From positions 15,254,001-15,318,000 of the forward strand of contig NC_058369.1 in the NCBI RefSeq assembly GCF_018350175.1: 64,000 nt of DNA, in the 5' to 3' direction. The notes under the pieces were generated by a model that was not told where the DNA came from, did no database searches, and was given only the letters and a program-made list of their open reading frames with translations. Numbering within the stretch: the first letter of the stretch is position 1; the number at the start of each line of letters is the position of its first letter. The position numbers and the translations under genes were made by a program. The stretch comes from Felis catus (Eukaryota). Below are positions 62,347 to 64,000 of this stretch, one piece after another.

Positions 62347-63761
62347 GCTCAAGCAGGCCCCGAGCTGTCAGCACAGCCCAACATGGGGCTCTAACTCACG
62401 AACTGTGAGATCCTGACCTGAGCGGAGATCAAGAGTCAGATGCTTAACCACTTAACTGGTTGAGTCACCCAGGCGCCCTGCTGTAATGAAGGTTTACAGA
62501 GTACCTGCTGGGCACCCATCCTGAGCCAGACAGTACTGGCAAGGCAAGCTGACCCTTTTCAGATAACCTTGATCCTCACAACAGTTTCCAGATGAGGAAA
62601 GTGAGACCCAGGGGGACGAGCCATTTGTCCAGGGTCACCAGCGAGTCCACAGCAGACCCATGGACAGAGTCCGGGGCTCAGACTGCGGGCTTCAGCCTGC
62701 CAACCCCATGCTCCTGCTGGATAGCACCTTCCATCTGCCATCAGGAGCTGACAGCCTGTCTGGGAAAGTGAACAAAACTCGAGGACCAAACTCATAGGGG
62801 CAAAAAATCCGTTGGGTCCTAAAAGAGGGACGGATATATACTTGGCATTTCAGAGTCAGGTAGAATACAGGGCACTAAGCCTCCCTGGCATACCCCGTGG
62901 CCTGGGAAGCCCACCAATTGTCCCCCCACACTGTGGGGAGGGGGACTCAGTGATTCTTGGATGCACTCGGGGACCCACGTTCTCATCTTCGTGCTGGGCG
63001 TCTGCCTGGTGTGTCACCTGTGTTTTCTGATTTAGTCCTCACGTCCATCCCAGGATTTGGTCCGGTTATTGACCCCTTCTACCAACGTATTAGTTAGCTA
63101 TTGCCGCATAACAAACCGTCCCCAAATATAGCAACTTAACACAGTAAGTATTAGTTACTTCACATTTCCTGCGGGATAGGAATCCAGGTGTGGCTTAACT
63201 GGGTCCTCTGGCACAGGTTTCCTTGTAAGGCTGTCACCAAAGTGGAGGTCTCCTCAAGAACTGTAAAATTGTAAGCTAGGGGCGCCTGGGTGGCTCAGTC
63301 GGTTGAGTGTCTGACTCCGGCTCAGGTCATGATTTCGCAGTTCGTTGGTTCAAGCCCCGTGTTGGGCTCTGTGCTGACAGCTCAGAGGCTGGAGCCTTCT
63401 TTGGATTTTGTATTTCCCTCGCTCTCTGCCCTTCCCCCGTTCGTGCTCTCTCTCTCAAAAATAAATAAAGATTAAAAAACATTTTTTTAAACCTGTAGGC
63501 TAATTCTAAGTAATACACAGTCACTGTATGAAATCAGTGAAGTTAAGAAAAAATTATTTTAATATTTATTTTTGAGAGAGGGAGAGAAACAGAGCACAAG
63601 CAGGGGAGGGGCAGAGAGAGAGGGAGACACAGAATCTGAAGCAGGCTCCAGGCTCTGAGCTGTCAGCACAGAGCCCGATGTGGAGCTTGAACTCACAAGC
63701 TGGGAGATCATGACCTGAGCCGAAGTTGGATGCTTAACTGACTGAGCCACCCAGGCGCCCC
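62220..63761. mobile_element. Can-SINEs (62220-, 63279+, 63555-) and an MLT1-like LTR fragment (~63085-63260)
   Basis: SINE bodies; MLT1-like 'tattagttagctattgccgcataacaaac...ggaatccaggtgtggcttaactgggtcctctggc'. Confidence 0.82.
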
Positions 63762-64000
63762 TGAAATTGGTGAAGTTTAGAAAACTGTTTATAGTTTTGA
63801 GAAAATCACCCATGGTCAGTGTCATCCTGAGACAACCCCATGTCTGTTTATGTTGGCGTTTTTTTCCCCTGGTATTCTTTTTATTTTTTTCATTATATAA
63901 TTGGAGCCATAAAATACACTCAATTTTGTATCAAGTATCATATTCTCATGTCATTAAACGTTACATCGAGTTTATGTAAGGATATAATATTTAAGCCATT

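Noticed and set aside
39700..64000. Next LARS2 coding exon (expected EITTC.PDYY.WTQ-like)
   Set aside because: Not found by eye or in the ORF track. It most probably lies beyond the window in a long intron, so this is not evidence of gene truncation.

Overview
Mammalian genomic DNA, almost certainly a felid, judged by about 60 tRNA-derived carnivore SINEs of the SINEC_Fc type. The window holds about 10.8 kb of repeat-rich upstream DNA, the CpG-island promoter and the 5' part of LARS2 (mitochondrial leucyl-tRNA synthetase) on the + strand. The gene part comprises a putative non-coding first exon and four coding exons (15944-16177, 22760-22888, 37085-37176, 39639-39699; 516 nt, 172 codons). All have canonical GT-AG junctions and consistent phase, and they include the class I HIGH-type motif HMGH. 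The rest of the gene lies beyond the window. The remainder is SINEs, L1 fragments, MaLR/ERVL LTRs, Tigger/hAT DNA-transposon relics, MIRs and simple repeats. Repeat family names come from remembered consensus similarity and their boundaries are approximate. I see no convincing new multi-gene system. The most interesting signals are: (1) an exon-1 uORF that is in frame with the LARS2 CDS and separated from it by a single TAA; (2) a (TG)n-flanked AG|GTAAG candidate recursive/cryptic splice site; (3) three tandem SINEs sharing one target-site duplication; (4) tail-only retroinsertions with clean TSDs, one next to an exon; (5) a SINE-L1 fusion; (6) a TALE/E-box motif cluster in unique intronic DNA.
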